Part shown: one piece after another, positions 38,380 through 49,097 of the stretch
Position numbering within the stretch: the stretch's first letter is position 1
Layout: every line of letters begins with the position of its first letter
Assembly: GCA_016181765.1 (NCBI GenBank)
Contig: JACOYR010000006.1
Location: forward strand, 31,664-95,663
Length of the DNA stretch: 64,000 bases
Origin: Parcubacteria group bacterium
GTDB lineage: Bacteria; Patescibacteriota; Patescibacteriia; UBA2169
Reading direction: 5' to 3'
The notes under the pieces: generated by a model
Databases searched by the model: none
Seen by the model: only the letters and a program-made list of their open reading frames with translations
Told to the model about the DNA's origin: nothing
Translations under genes and position numbers: made by a program

Positions 38380-40203
38380 CTATGCCATAAGCCGCTCAAA
38401 CGCCTCGCGCTCCAGCGTCTCATGCTCAAGCAGGGCGGCCACCACGCGCTCAATGCGGCCCATGTGCTCAACAATAAGCTTTGCGGCGCGCTCATACGCC
38501 TCGCGCAAGAGCCCGGAGACTTCTTCGTCTATGAGCCCCGCATAGGCTTCGCCGTAGTCGCGCTGCTCTCCGAATTCTTTGCCTAAAAATATGAGCTCTT
38601 CTTTGTCCCCGAACGTCCGCGCGCCCAGTTTCTCGCTCATGCCGTACTCCGTAACCATGGCGCGGGCAAGCCCGGTCGCGCGCTTGAGGTCGCTCGCCGC
38701 TCCGGTTGTGACGTCCCCGAACACCTTTGCCTCAATGGCGTGCCCGGCAAGCAGCACCGAGAGGTCCGCGACAAACTCGCTGCGGGAGTGGAACCGCCGG
38801 TCCTCGCTCGGAACCTTCAGGGTGTACCCGCCGGCGCGGCCGCGCGACACAATGGAAACCTTGTGCACGGGATCAGCATCAGGCAGCACGTGCGCAACCA
38901 CGGCATGCCCCGCCTCGTGGTATGCGGTGATCTTCTTTTCTTTTTCCGAAAGCACGTGGGACCTGCGCTCCGGGCCGAGCAGCACCTTTTCTATGCTGAT
39001 AAGGATGTCGTCCTGCGCAAGCTGGGTCCGGTTCTTGCGCGCCGTGAGAATGGCGGCCTCGTTCAGGAGGTTGTACAAATCAGCGCCAGAGAAGCCGGGC
39101 GTGCGCTCGGCGACTGCCCGCAGGTTGGCGTCGCGGGCCAGGGGCTTGTCCTGGGCGTGCAGTTTCAAAATCGCCTCCCGCTCTTTGATGTCCGGCAAAT
39201 CAATGGTTACCCTGCGGTCAAACCTGCCTGGCCGCAAGAGTGCCGGATCCAGCACGTCCGGCCTGTTGGTCGCGGCCATCACAATCACATTGGTGCCGGT
39301 TTCAAAGCCGTCCATTTCAACCAGAATCTGGTTTAAGGTCTGCTCGCGCTCGTCGTGCGAACCGCCAAGCCCGGCACCGCGCTGGCGCCCCACAGCATCC
39401 ATCTCGTCTATGAACACGATTGCCGGGGCGCTCTTCTTTGCTTTGCGGAATAGGTCCCGCACGCGCGAGGCGCCCACTCCAACGAACATCTCAACGAATT
39501 CAGAACCAGACATGTGGAAGAACGGCACCCCGGCTTCTCCGGAAACCGCCTTGGCCAAGAGCGTCTTGCCCGTGCCCGGCGGCCCCACCAAGAGCACGCC
39601 CCGCGGAATGCGGGCCCCAAGCTTCGCAAACTTCTGGGGTTGGCGCAAAAATTCAACCACCTCTTCCAGCTCCTGTTTCGCTTCGGTTGAGCCGGCCACG
39701 TCAGCGAACGTGGTTTTCTTGCCCTGCTGTTTCTTGCGGGCCTCCTGATCCTCGCGCGCCGTGCTGCTCCCGAACATCATGGCGCGGTTGTTCGCGCCCT
39801 GGACCTGGCGCATCATGAACCAAATAAAAAACCCGATGAACAAGAGCGGGATCAAAAACGGGGCAAGCGCCGAAGCCCAGAGCGCTAAGCCGCCCGGCTC
39901 TTTGCTCTCAATGGAAACGCGCGCCATCTCCGCATCGGAGACGCCGTAGATGCCGAGGAGCCCGGCCAGCGTTTCTCCGGTCTCCTTGCGCGACTTCTTC
40001 TCGCTTCCATCCGCGTACGACACATACAGCGTGTCGCCCTCAACCAAAATTTTCTCAACCTCGCCGGCTTTGACGGACCCAACCACAGACGCGAATCCGG
40101 CTTCCTCGTCCGCGCTGAACGGGGACGAGAATGCGCTCAAAAATCCGGCAATCACCAGGAATGCGAGAAAAAAGATCACAAAGTTTTTGAGGAGTGAGCG
40201 CAT
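38380..40203 (-). CDS. ftsH: ATP-dependent zinc metalloprotease FtsH
   Basis: [43 protein letters not shown]. Confidence 0.97.
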   Translation of the reverse strand: MRSLLKNFVIFFLAFLVIAGFLSAFSSPFSADEEAGFASVVGSVKAGEVEKILVEGDTLYVSYADGSEKKSRKETGETLAGLLGIYGVSDAEMARVSIESKEPGGLALWASALAPFLIPLLFIGFFIWFMMRQVQGANNRAMMFGSSTAREDQEARKKQQGKKTTFADVAGSTEAKQELEEVVEFLRQPQKFAKLGARIPRGVLLVGPPGTGKTLLAKAVSGEAGVPFFHMSGSEFVEMFVGVGASRVRDLFRKAKKSAPAIVFIDEMDAVGRQRGAGLGGSHDEREQTLNQILVEMDGFETGTNVIVMAATNRPDVLDPALLRPGRFDRRVTIDLPDIKEREAILKLHAQDKPLARDANLRAVAERTPGFSGADLYNLLNEAAILTARKNRTQLAQDDILISIEKVLLGPERRSHVLSEKEKKITAYHEAGHAVVAHVLPDADPVHKVSIVSRGRAGGYTLKVPSEDRRFHSRSEFVADLSVLLAGHAIEAKVFGDVTTGAASDLKRATGLARAMVTEYGMSEKLGARTFGDKEELIFLGKEFGEQRDYGEAYAGLIDEEVSGLLREAYERAAKLIVEHMGRIERVVAALLEHETLEREAFERLMA

Positions 40204-40205
40204 GG

Positions 40206-41369
40206 TTACCCAAGCCCGAGGCCCAAACGGTGGGCCGCAGGCTCAATGGAAAGGATTTTGAAGTCCCGCTTTTCTCCGACCGAGAGCAGTTTGCTCAAAT
40301 CCTGCTCTCCGCCCTTGGTGAGTTCAGAGACGTGCGCAAGGCCGTGGATGTCCGGATCAAGCTCCACAAATGCGCCGTACGGGTTCAGCTTGAGCACGGT
40401 GCCCGAAACCGTATCTCCGACCTTGTACTTGTCCGCGGCCTGCTTCCAGGGGTCAGGAATGAGTTTTTTGACGGACAAGGAAATTTTTCCGTTATCAATG
40501 GCAATGATTTTCGCGCGGATGGAGTCCCCCACCTTTACCAGATCAGCGGGGTTGTCAATGCGCTGCCACGCGAGCTCGGAAATGTGCACCAACCCCTCCA
40601 GGCCTTCGCCGAATTCAACGAATACCCCGAAATCAACCACCCCGGTAACGCGCCCGGTAACCTCATCCCCGACCTTGAACTTTTCAAGCTGGGCGTGCTG
40701 CTCGCGCTCCCAGGCCGCTTTCTCGGAGACAATCAGCTTTTCCTCACGCTCGCGCACCGTAATCACCTTCACGCGGAATATCTGGTTTACGTATGCGCGC
40801 AAACGGTCAAGAATCCGGTTCTTGTCCCCGCCCTCAACGCGCGGGTAGTGTTCAACCGTAAGCTGGGACACGGGCAAAAACCCTTCCACGTTGCCCACCT
40901 TCACCATGAGTCCCCCTTTGTTCGCATCAATGATTTTCGCGTCAACCACTTCCCCGCTTGAAGCGAGGGCCGCAAGCAAGTCCCATGCCTTGCGGTGCCC
41001 AGCCTGCCGAAACGAAAGCTCAAGCATGCCCTGCTCGTTCTCAATGTCAAGCACTGTAGCCTCCACGGAATCTCCAACAGAAAGTTTTGAGTACACGCCG
41101 GATTCGTCATCCAGTTCTTTCCCACGCACCAGTCCGGTCAGGACGCCGCCAATAGTCACCACAATGCCGTTCTTTGAAATATCAAGCACCTCCCCGGATA
41201 TGAGTTCTCCCACTTTGGGAATGGCAAAATGCGCGCTTTCCGAAAGCACCTGCTTGGTCTCTTCGGACGCGTGCGGAAAGCTCATGATCGCGTTGTGGCT
41301 TTTGGTGTTGGTGTTCGCTTGTTTCGGTGATGCAACGGCACTATCAGCGCCCGCTTGAACGTCAATCAT
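40206..41369 (-). CDS. rpsA: Ribosomal protein bS1-like protein (four S1 domains)
   Basis: ANKGGL, FLPVSQL, DFGVFV....EGLVHISEL, YGAFV....GLAHVSEL. Confidence 0.85.
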   Translation of the reverse strand: MIDVQAGADSAVASPKQANTNTKSHNAIMSFPHASEETKQVLSESAHFAIPKVGELISGEVLDISKNGIVVTIGGVLTGLVRGKELDDESGVYSKLSVGDSVEATVLDIENEQGMLELSFRQAGHRKAWDLLAALASSGEVVDAKIIDANKGGLMVKVGNVEGFLPVSQLTVEHYPRVEGGDKNRILDRLRAYVNQIFRVKVITVREREEKLIVSEKAAWEREQHAQLEKFKVGDEVTGRVTGVVDFGVFVEFGEGLEGLVHISELAWQRIDNPADLVKVGDSIRAKIIAIDNGKISLSVKKLIPDPWKQAADKYKVGDTVSGTVLKLNPYGAFVELDPDIHGLAHVSELTKGGEQDLSKLLSVGEKRDFKILSIEPAAHRLGLGLG

Positions 41370-41517
41370 AGTATGGGTTTAAGTTCCCTGCGTTCCCGGG
41401 GCGCAAGGGTTACTGTTAAAAATTACTAATAAAACCGGGGAAAATTAGAACAGAGCTAATTATATACAAAATCGGCGTTTTTTGCAAGTGTGGCTGGTGG
41501 TGGTATACTTAAAGCCT

Positions 41518-41946
41518 ATGCAGCACGACACAACACCAGGGGACCTGCTTCGCGCAGCCCAAGGCGTTCGCACTGGCGGAGCGTCAAAAGATGATGTATA
41601 CAGCCTCTTCCAGGAAGCCGGAGCCGCCTCAAAGCTCAAAAAACAGCTCAACCAAAAACAGCAGAAAAAACTCCTTGATGCGGTGATACAGAAAGCCGGG
41701 CAAGAAGGAATGCAGTTCAAGGGGTACAGTAGGGGCGCCTACGGCCAGCGCCAGGCCATCCTCAAGCGCACGGAAGCCCCAAATAAGAAGCCGGCACCTG
41801 GAATAAAAGGCGAAAACAAAAAAGCCCCGGCTAAAACGCGCCTGGATTTATACAGCCCGGCTACGGAAAGCGGATCAATCAGCATGGCCCAAACCCAGAA
41901 CGCGCGCATAAGCCTCAACATCCCGGAGAGCGGAAATAGAGGCTAA
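41518..41946 (+). CDS. Basic hypothetical protein
   Basis: Lys/Gln-rich ORF with TGGTATACT 8 nt before the ATG. Confidence 0.55.
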   Translation: MQHDTTPGDLLRAAQGVRTGGASKDDVYSLFQEAGAASKLKKQLNQKQQKKLLDAVIQKAGQEGMQFKGYSRGAYGQRQAILKRTEAPNKKPAPGIKGENKKAPAKTRLDLYSPATESGSISMAQTQNARISLNIPESGNRG

Positions 41947-42029
41947 AAATCAGCCTTTACTTTTGCCCCTTTTTTGTGTAGTATTACCGTGCCTTGAGGG
42001 CACTTTTTTACTTGCATTATTGATGATGT

Positions 42030-42641
42030 ATGATTATTGAATTGCTCGGTTTGTCGGGCGCAAAAATCCAGGCCGGAGAGAACGTTGTCTTGTTTGCCCC
42101 GCCCTCTGCAAAAAGCGAGCTGCGTGCAAGCCGCATGAAGGCTGACGTAGTGGTGTTCGGCAACCCGTCGGACGAAATCAACGTGGAGCCCCGGGCCGAA
42201 AAGCTCCTGGCCATACAGGCTCCCGGCGAATTTGAGGCAGGGGGAATTTTTGTATATTGTCTCGCCAATCCGCCAAAAGGCGGGCCGCAATCCCTGCTTT
42301 CCCGCGCAACCATTGAGGGCATGGCTGTGGTGCACTTAGGCGGGCTTGGCCGCGATCTCTCGGAGAGTGAGCTTGAATTGTTTGAAGGCGCCGACATCCT
42401 CATGCTCCCGGTTGGCGGCAACGGCGTGCTGAGTGCGGCGGCCGCAAAAACAATCGTTGAAAAGATAGAGCCCCGAATCGTCATTCCCATGCACGCAAAG
42501 CACAAAGCCGTAAAAACGCCGTATGATGACGCATCCAAGTTCTTCAAAGAAATGGGCGCATCCCCCCAACCCCAAGAGCGCGTAAAAATCGCCAAAAAAG
42601 ACCTCCCTATAGATACCCTGGAAGTGCTCTATATCATATGA
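42030..42641 (+). CDS. MBL-fold (lactamase_B_3-like) protein lacking the HxHxDH motif
   Basis: PGEFE..GI, VHLG, DILMLPVGG, IEPRIVIPMH. Confidence 0.75.
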   Translation: MIIELLGLSGAKIQAGENVVLFAPPSAKSELRASRMKADVVVFGNPSDEINVEPRAEKLLAIQAPGEFEAGGIFVYCLANPPKGGPQSLLSRATIEGMAVVHLGGLGRDLSESELELFEGADILMLPVGGNGVLSAAAAKTIVEKIEPRIVIPMHAKHKAVKTPYDDASKFFKEMGASPQPQERVKIAKKDLPIDTLEVLYII

Positions 42642-42907
42642 AAACAAGCAAACGCACAAAGCACTCCCGTTACATGCTGCTCGTCATCGTCCTTGCCATG
42701 GCAGTCATTGTATCTGCCTGGAGCATCTGGTTTTTTCCGCGCCAAAGTGCCTCGGCTCCGGACGGGGCGTCGTTTAAAAATTTTACGCGCGATATCTTGA
42801 AATCATTTTCCGTATTCGCGCCCGAACCGCAAAAAACCGAAAACAAGGTGAACATTGACGATCTGCGCAGCCGGGTGTTCGGAGACGCCATAGAACGCGC
42901 CGAGTGA
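42638..42907 (+). CDS. Small single-pass membrane protein
   Basis: One TM helix; overlaps the upstream gene (ATGA) and abuts gyrA. Confidence 0.6.
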   Translation: MKTSKRTKHSRYMLLVIVLAMAVIVSAWSIWFFPRQSASAPDGASFKNFTRDILKSFSVFAPEPQKTENKVNIDDLRSRVFGDAIERAE

Positions 42908-42908
42908 T

Positions 42909-45386
42909 ATGCCTAAAAAGGAAGAACAAGCAAAACCCCAAAACCCCATCGGCACCATAGAGCCGCAACCCATTGTGGACGAAATGCAGCGCGCCTATTT
43001 GGACTACGCCATGAGCGTGATCGTGTCGCGCGCTTTGCCGGACGTGCGGGACGGCTTAAAGCCGGTCCACCGCCGCATCCTCTACGCCATGTGGACGCTC
43101 GGGCTTAAGTCCTCCGCCAAGTTCCGCAAGAGCGCAACCGTCGTGGGAGAAGTATTGGGCAAGTACCACCCGCACGGGGACGTTGCGGTGTACGACGCCT
43201 TGGTGCGCATGGCCCAGGACTTTTCCATGCGCGAGGTTCTGGTGCACGGCCAGGGCAACTTCGGGTCCATGGACGGAGACGGGGCAGCTGCCATGCGCTA
43301 CACCGAAGTAAAACTTTCTAAAATCGCGGAAGAGCTTTTGGCGGATATAGAAAAAGAAACCGTCAGCTTCACGGACAACTACGACGGCACCCAAAAAGAA
43401 CCGCGCGTTTTGCCGGCAAAACTGCCGAACCTGCTCTTAAACGGCACCCTGGGCATTGCCGTGGGCATGGCAACCAACATTCCCCCGCACAACCTTTCCG
43501 AGCTCGCTCTCGGCATTTCCGCGGTGCTGGATGACGCTGACATTGACATCAATGAACTCGCCAAAATCGTAAAAGGTCCGGACTTCCCGACCGGCGGCAT
43601 CATCTACAACAGAGACGACATCAAGCAGGCCTACGCAACTGGAAAGGGCGGCATTGTCATGCGCGGAGTCACGGACATTGTGGAGTCCAAAGGCGGTACG
43701 CACGACATCATCATCACCGAGGTTCCGTTCCAGGTGAACAAGGCTGATTTGATCGCCAAAATCGCGGAACTCGTAAAGGAGAAAAAAATTGAGGGCATCC
43801 GCGACCTGCGGGATGAGTCCGATAAGGACGGAGTGCGCGTGGTGATTGAACTAAAGAAAGACACGTACCCGCAAAAAATCTTAAACCGCCTCTTTAAGCT
43901 CACTGCCCTGCAGGCAACCTTCCACGTAAACATGCTCGCCTTGGTGGACGGCATCCAGCCGCGCGTGCTCACGTTGAAGAGCATCTTTGAAGAGTTCATC
44001 AAGCACCGCAAAACCGTCATCAAGGCTAGGACCGAATTTGATTTGGCGCGCGCCAAAGCGCGGGCCCACATCTTGGAAGGCTTGGTTAAGGCAATCGGCA
44101 TTATTGATAAAGTGATTGCCCTGATCAAAAAATCCAAGGACCGGGACGAGGCGCGGGCGGGATTGATGAAGGCGTTCAAATTCACGGAACTGCAGGCCAA
44201 TGCCATCCTTGACATGCGCCTGTCCCAGCTTGCAAACCTGGAGCGCGCAAAACTGGAAGACGAACTCAAGGAAAAGCGCGCCTGGATTGCGGAGCTTGAG
44301 GCAATCCTCGCAAGCCCCAAGAAAGTTGTTTCCATCATCAAGGGCGAGCTCAAAGAGCTCAAGGAAGCGTACGGCGAAGAGCGTCGCACTAAGATTGTTG
44401 CCGGTGCAGTTGATACGTTTTCGCAGGAAGATTTGATTCCGAATGAGGAAATGGTGGTCATGATCACGCGGGACGGCTACATCAAGCGCATGGCACCGGA
44501 CACCTTTAAGACCCAAGGCCGCGGCGGCAAGGGCGTGGTGGGCCTGACCACCAAGGAGGAGGACGAAGTGTCCATCTTCTTTACGGGCTTAACGCACTCA
44601 GACATCCTCTTCTTTACCACGCGCGGAAGAGTATTTCAGCTCAAGGGCTACGACATTCCGGTAGCAAGCCGCACGGCTAAGGGCTCGTCGCTCGTCAACT
44701 TCCTGCAGATTGCGGGCGAAGAAAAGGTGAATGTGGTGCTGTCGCTGGATGACATGAAAGACGCTAAGTTCCTGGTGATGGTCACGCGCGGGGGCACCAT
44801 CAAGAAAGTTGACGTCAATGACTTTGGCCACGTGCGCCGCAGCGGCCTCATTGCCATCAAGCTCAAAGAGGGCGACTCTCTGCGCTGGGTCAAGCCCTCG
44901 GGCGGGGATGACGAAATCATGCTCGTGTCCCAGGCTGGCCAGGCAATCCGGTTTGAAGAAGCGGACGTGCGCCCCATGGGCCGCGCCGCGGCCGGGGTGC
45001 GCGGCATCCGCCTCAAGAAAGGCGACCACGTGGTTGGCATGGACATTTTTAATCCCAAGGCCCAGAAAGACACCACCCTCCTCGTGGTCATGGCTCAAGG
45101 CTATGGCAAGCAATCCCCGGTTTTGGAATACAAGGTCCAGTCCCGCGGCGGATCCGGCATTAAAACCGCGAACGTCACCGCCAAAACCGGCGAGGTTGTG
45201 GGCGCGCGCTTGCTTGATCCCGCGACCGTGGATGAAAAGACGGATGTGCTCGCCATTTCCGCCAAGGGCCAAACCATCCGGTTGCCCCTAAAGTCCATCA
45301 ACAAGCTCGGACGGGCCACGCAGGGGGTGCGCATCATGCGCTTCAAGCAGCCCGGAGACCGCGTGGCAAATGTGACGCTGGTGTAA
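42909..45386 (+). CDS. gyrA: DNA gyrase subunit A
   Basis: [29 protein letters not shown], GyrA-box QGRGGKG, pinwheel repeats. Confidence 0.97.
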   Translation: MPKKEEQAKPQNPIGTIEPQPIVDEMQRAYLDYAMSVIVSRALPDVRDGLKPVHRRILYAMWTLGLKSSAKFRKSATVVGEVLGKYHPHGDVAVYDALVRMAQDFSMREVLVHGQGNFGSMDGDGAAAMRYTEVKLSKIAEELLADIEKETVSFTDNYDGTQKEPRVLPAKLPNLLLNGTLGIAVGMATNIPPHNLSELALGISAVLDDADIDINELAKIVKGPDFPTGGIIYNRDDIKQAYATGKGGIVMRGVTDIVESKGGTHDIIITEVPFQVNKADLIAKIAELVKEKKIEGIRDLRDESDKDGVRVVIELKKDTYPQKILNRLFKLTALQATFHVNMLALVDGIQPRVLTLKSIFEEFIKHRKTVIKARTEFDLARAKARAHILEGLVKAIGIIDKVIALIKKSKDRDEARAGLMKAFKFTELQANAILDMRLSQLANLERAKLEDELKEKRAWIAELEAILASPKKVVSIIKGELKELKEAYGEERRTKIVAGAVDTFSQEDLIPNEEMVVMITRDGYIKRMAPDTFKTQGRGGKGVVGLTTKEEDEVSIFFTGLTHSDILFFTTRGRVFQLKGYDIPVASRTAKGSSLVNFLQIAGEEKVNVVLSLDDMKDAKFLVMVTRGGTIKKVDVNDFGHVRRSGLIAIKLKEGDSLRWVKPSGGDDEIMLVSQAGQAIRFEEADVRPMGRAAAGVRGIRLKKGDHVVGMDIFNPKAQKDTTLLVVMAQGYGKQSPVLEYKVQSRGGSGIKTANVTAKTGEVVGARLLDPATVDEKTDVLAISAKGQTIRLPLKSINKLGRATQGVRIMRFKQPGDRVANVTLV

Positions 45387-45484
45387 AATTATGGAAAAGA
45401 GTGTGCTACAATATATTTAAAATTATAAAATAGATGACACTAAAAGGAAATATCACCGATTACTCAAGTCAAAGAAAACGCAAT

Positions 45485-45853
45485 ATGGCAAAAATTGATA
45501 TAAATTGGTCAAAGCTTATCTCTCTTAATACGGGAGAGATAGAAAAGTTAGGAAGTGTTGGGGGAGTTTACCGTATTTCCAAAAAAGCAGATGATGGAAA
45601 ATATTATGTTTTTTTTGTTGGAAGTGCTGAAAACATAAAAAATAAGTTGTTACACCATCAATCCAGTGAAGAAAAAAATATTCGCCTACAAAAATATTTA
45701 TCACAAGGAGGAGATATTGTTTTCAGATATGCCCTAGTGCCGGACAGAAGTATACAACAAGCTATTGAGAAACAGATGTACAGACACTATATTCCAGAAT
45801 ACAACCCCGAAGAGCCAAAAAGTCCTTTGGATGTAGAAGCAAACCTAAATTAA
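45485..45853 (+). CDS. GIY-YIG-like domain protein with degenerate catalytic residues (AT-rich)
   Basis: GGVYRI....YYVFFVGSAENIKNKL..H ... AIEKQM.....PEYN. An alternative start lies at 45434. Confidence 0.6.
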   Translation: MAKIDINWSKLISLNTGEIEKLGSVGGVYRISKKADDGKYYVFFVGSAENIKNKLLHHQSSEEKNIRLQKYLSQGGDIVFRYALVPDRSIQQAIEKQMYRHYIPEYNPEEPKSPLDVEANLN

Positions 45854-45859
45854 TCAAAA

Positions 45860-46561
45860 ATGACTTTAGTAATGGGGTTAAAATCAAAAAACGGGATTGT
45901 TGTTGCCTCTGACAGTAAAGCTAGTTCTGAAATAACTAGCAATAGTACCGTACAAAAAATTTTCAAATTAGGTAACCATAGCGCTGTTGGTATTGCAGGA
46001 GACGGTGGTCTTGCAATGTATTTTCTCGACCAAATAAAAAGTGGGTTAAATCACGGCACAGGAATTTTAGATTTAGCAGAACAAATACGGATCAAGGGAA
46101 AGGAAAAATTCAACGATTTTTTTGAGGGCTCGCCGCTAGAAAAACGTCCTCATCTCGAACTACTTCTAGCTGGGTATACAAATGATCCTACACCAAAAGC
46201 AGAAATTTATAAATTGAATAGTACAGACAACTTTGTACCCAGGAAAGCTGTTACGGGTTTCGAGTGTATAGGCATACCGTATATTGCGGACTACTTGTTA
46301 AACCGCCTTTACGAGCCTGAAATAAAAGTAGACGCAGGGGAAGAGCTGTGTATATTGTGTATTCAAGAAACTGAAGACCAAGATGCGCGCGTAGGAGGCG
46401 CCACCAGAGTTTATACTTTCTCATCAACTCAAACATTTCAAGAAATTTCAGCCACAGATATAGAAAAACTAAAAGAAAAAAACAAACAGTTTCAAATTAG
46501 ACAAAAAAGTAGGTTCTATCCCGAAGACCCAGATTCGGGCACAGACAATCCCACTTCTTAG
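45860..46561 (+). CDS. Proteasome beta-subunit-like Ntn-hydrolase protease (AT-rich)
   Basis: M-TLVMGL....GIVVASDS (Thr1, Asp17), QKIF (Lys33 equivalent), GIAG, LLLAGY, D..VGG. Confidence 0.8.
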   Translation: MTLVMGLKSKNGIVVASDSKASSEITSNSTVQKIFKLGNHSAVGIAGDGGLAMYFLDQIKSGLNHGTGILDLAEQIRIKGKEKFNDFFEGSPLEKRPHLELLLAGYTNDPTPKAEIYKLNSTDNFVPRKAVTGFECIGIPYIADYLLNRLYEPEIKVDAGEELCILCIQETEDQDARVGGATRVYTFSSTQTFQEISATDIEKLKEKNKQFQIRQKSRFYPEDPDSGTDNPTS

Positions 46562-46707
46562 CACTTTATAAACACAAATCCTAAGCCAACAATCCACCAA
46601 TCCGATGGGTTGTTTTTGTATAAAAAAGCACCCTCCCCCGCAGACGATGTTGCCATCTGCGAAAGAAGGGTGCGGTCGGCGGAGCCAGAAGGTTATGCCG
46701 ACTTGGG

Positions 46708-47136
46708 CTAGTTGGTCTCAACCCAGATGGCGTCGGACTCCAGCACGTTGCTGTACTGGCCCGAGCCGGGCTTGGTCTCGACGTCGCCGTCCAGCACGAT
46801 GACCACAAAGAGCTGGACGCGCCCGGCCGTGAGGTTCTCGGTGATGGTTCGCGCAGCGAGATCCTTGAGCGTCTTCAGAGCGTCGTGGAACTGCTTTGCT
46901 GTGCGTCCGTTCCGGGAAACGCCAGTGAGCCGCAGCTCCACGCCGAGGTACCCGCCGACCGCGACCATGGGGTCGGGTTCCTGGACGTAGTACTCGGCCG
47001 GACGTTCGGCTGGGTCCTTCACACCGAGACAGCCGCTCACAACGTTCTGGAGGAAGGTCCTGGCAAATGCCGCGCTGCTGAACGCTGCGAACAGCGTCAT
47101 AGGGGCTTCTCTGGAAATCACTGCCTTCACCTTCAT
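46708..47136 (-). CDS. Hypothetical protein
   Basis: 142-aa ORF from MKVKAV; minus-strand TTGACA...TAAGAT promoter near 47197-47226. Confidence 0.6.
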   Translation of the reverse strand: MKVKAVISREAPMTLFAAFSSAAFARTFLQNVVSGCLGVKDPAERPAEYYVQEPDPMVAVGGYLGVELRLTGVSRNGRTAKQFHDALKTLKDLAARTITENLTAGRVQLFVVIVLDGDVETKPGSGQYSNVLESDAIWVETN

Positions 47137-47311
47137 GGTTTCTAGCCTTTCGCTAGGGGTTGTTGGGAACACTTCGCAATTTTACGCGAAGACTGCATCT
47201 TATCACAAAACTATGCGTCTTGTCAAGCATCTGTATTTCATGATATAGTTCGTGCTTGTATCAACGGTGTTCGCGTGTTACTCTGTATCTGTCACTCATT
47301 TCACAAACACT

Positions 47312-47452
47312 ATGTCAACAAAACGAACCTACCAGCCGAAAAAAAAGAAGCGCGCGCGGGTGCACGGATTCCGGAAGCGCTCCGCCAAACCAGGAGGCCG
47401 CAACGTGCTCCAAAGGCGCAGGGCAAAAGGAAGAAAGCGGCTGACGGTTTAA
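47312..47452 (+). CDS. rpmH: 50S ribosomal protein L34
   Basis: [20 protein letters not shown]....[16 protein letters not shown]. Confidence 0.97.
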   Translation: MSTKRTYQPKKKKRARVHGFRKRSAKPGGRNVLQRRRAKGRKRLTV

Positions 47453-47456
47453 ACCC

Positions 47457-47798
47457 ATGCTCGCAGCCAGCAACCGCCTTGCCAAACGGTCCGACATTCT
47501 CGCCGTGCACAAACGCGGCAGGTCTTTTTTTGTCGGGAACCTCGGTGTGCGGCTCGCAAAGAACAGCCTCAAGGTTTCGCGCTTCACCATCATCACGTCC
47601 TTAAAAATTTCCAAGCGGTCCACGGAGCGCAACAAGCTCAAGCGCCGCTTGAGGGAAATCCTCCGCAGGGAAATCATGCCCAGGGTTGCCCCGGGTTTTG
47701 ACGGTATTATCCTCACTAGAAAACCGCTCCTGGAAATGGCATTCGCTGAACTGCGGACGCTCACCATCAGCCTGTTCAAAAAAACACGCCTCATATGA
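47457..47798 (+). CDS. rnpA: Ribonuclease P protein component
   Basis: NRL, RF.II.S.KISK.ST.RNKLKRRLRE; located after rpmH. Confidence 0.92.
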   Translation: MLAASNRLAKRSDILAVHKRGRSFFVGNLGVRLAKNSLKVSRFTIITSLKISKRSTERNKLKRRLREILRREIMPRVAPGFDGIILTRKPLLEMAFAELRTLTISLFKKTRLI

Positions 47799-48028
47799 AA
47801 CGCCTGGCGCTCGCGCTCATCAAGCTCTACCAAAAGACGCTCTCCCCGGACCACGGGCTCGTACAGGGATTTTTCCCGCATGGCGCGTGCAAGTACCGCC
47901 CCACGTGTTCAGAATACGCATATGACGCAATCCAATCATTTGGTATACTGAAGGGGTCTGCTGTGGGGGCAAAACGAATTGTGCGCTGCCACCCCTGGGC
48001 GCAAGGCGGCTATGATCCAGTACAATAA
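47795..48028 (+). CDS. yidD: Membrane protein insertion efficiency factor YidD
   Basis: IKLYQ..LSP, CKYRPTCSEY, RIVRCHPW..GGYDPV. Confidence 0.95.
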   Translation: MKRLALALIKLYQKTLSPDHGLVQGFFPHGACKYRPTCSEYAYDAIQSFGILKGSAVGAKRIVRCHPWAQGGYDPVQ

Positions 48029-48031
48029 CCT

Positions 48032-48763
48032 ATGAATCCGTTTGTCATCCTGTTCTACCAACCGATTTTGAACCTCCTGGTCTGGCTGCACAACATTATT
48101 CCGGGCGATGATTTCGGGTGGGCAATCATCGGCCTCACGGTGCTCATAAAAATCATCTTGTTGCCGCTGTCCGCAAAATCCCTGCGCTCGCAAAAATCCC
48201 TGCAGGAGCTCCAGCCCAAAGTTGATGAGCTGCGAAAAAAATACAAAGACGACCGGGAACGCCAGGGCCGGGAGCTCATGGAGCTCTACCGGAAGGAAAA
48301 AGTGAGCCCATTCTCCTCGTGCCTGCCGCTCCTGGTCCAACTGCCGTTCTTGCTCGCCATCTTCCAGGTCCTGCGGGATGAGGTTGCAACCGGCAACCTT
48401 GACCTGCTCTACTCCTTTGTCGCTATTCCCGAAACAATCAACACCGTGTTCCTGGGAATCGTAAACCTAGAATCGCCGAGCATCATAATCGCGCTCGCGG
48501 CCGGCGCACTGCAGTTCTGGCAGACCCGGATGCTCGTGCACAAGCGCCAGCCCTTGGTTCCGGGGGCAGCGGACGAAAGTATGACCAGCATGATGAACAA
48601 GCAGATGATGTACATTGCCCCGGTCATCACAGTCGTCTTCGGCGCAACCCTGCCCGGAGGCTTGACGCTGTACTGGGCCGTTAACACGCTCACCACGCTC
48701 ATCCAGCAGATTGCGGTCTTCCGCAAGCACGCGGGCGCTGTACCCGCGGCACGCGCGGCATAA
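48032..48763 (+). CDS. yidC: Membrane protein insertase YidC (short form)
   Basis: GWAII.LT..IK..LLPL, LQP, LY....V.P.S.CLPLLVQLP, P.GL.LYW. Confidence 0.95.
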   Translation: MNPFVILFYQPILNLLVWLHNIIPGDDFGWAIIGLTVLIKIILLPLSAKSLRSQKSLQELQPKVDELRKKYKDDRERQGRELMELYRKEKVSPFSSCLPLLVQLPFLLAIFQVLRDEVATGNLDLLYSFVAIPETINTVFLGIVNLESPSIIIALAAGALQFWQTRMLVHKRQPLVPGAADESMTSMMNKQMMYIAPVITVVFGATLPGGLTLYWAVNTLTTLIQQIAVFRKHAGAVPAARAA

Positions 48764-48767
48764 CCAT

Positions 48768-49097
48768 ATGCTTATTGATATCAAAGGCATTTTAGGCCTT
48801 CCGGTTGAAACACAAAGTGGCACGCACCTCGGCAAAGTGGAGGCAGTGGTTGTTGAAATTGAAACACAGGCCCTCTACCAGTACCAAGTTAAGCCTGCGG
48901 GCATATCGCACTTATTTGATACGGCGGGACTCCTCATCCACCGCGACCAAGTGATCTCTATCACCAAGGAAAAAATGGTGGTGGAAGACAGCGTCAGAGC
49001 GGCCGTGCAAGCCAGCGAAGCGCTTGCAAAAAATAAGCCACAGCTTGGGGCTGTGGAAGCCATCACGCGACACAGAGCGGAGGGTAGCGTGCGCTAG
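48768..49097 (+). CDS. PRC-barrel domain protein
   Basis: ILGLPVET.SG..LGKV..VV.E, LLI..DQV.SI. Confidence 0.75.
   Translation: MLIDIKGILGLPVETQSGTHLGKVEAVVVEIETQALYQYQVKPAGISHLFDTAGLLIHRDQVISITKEKMVVEDSVRAAVQASEALAKNKPQLGAVEAITRHRAEGSVR

Noticed and set aside
45387-47250. Prophage or integrative element between gyrA and rpmH
   Set aside because: No integrase, structural genes or att repeats were seen; only a small compositional island is supported.
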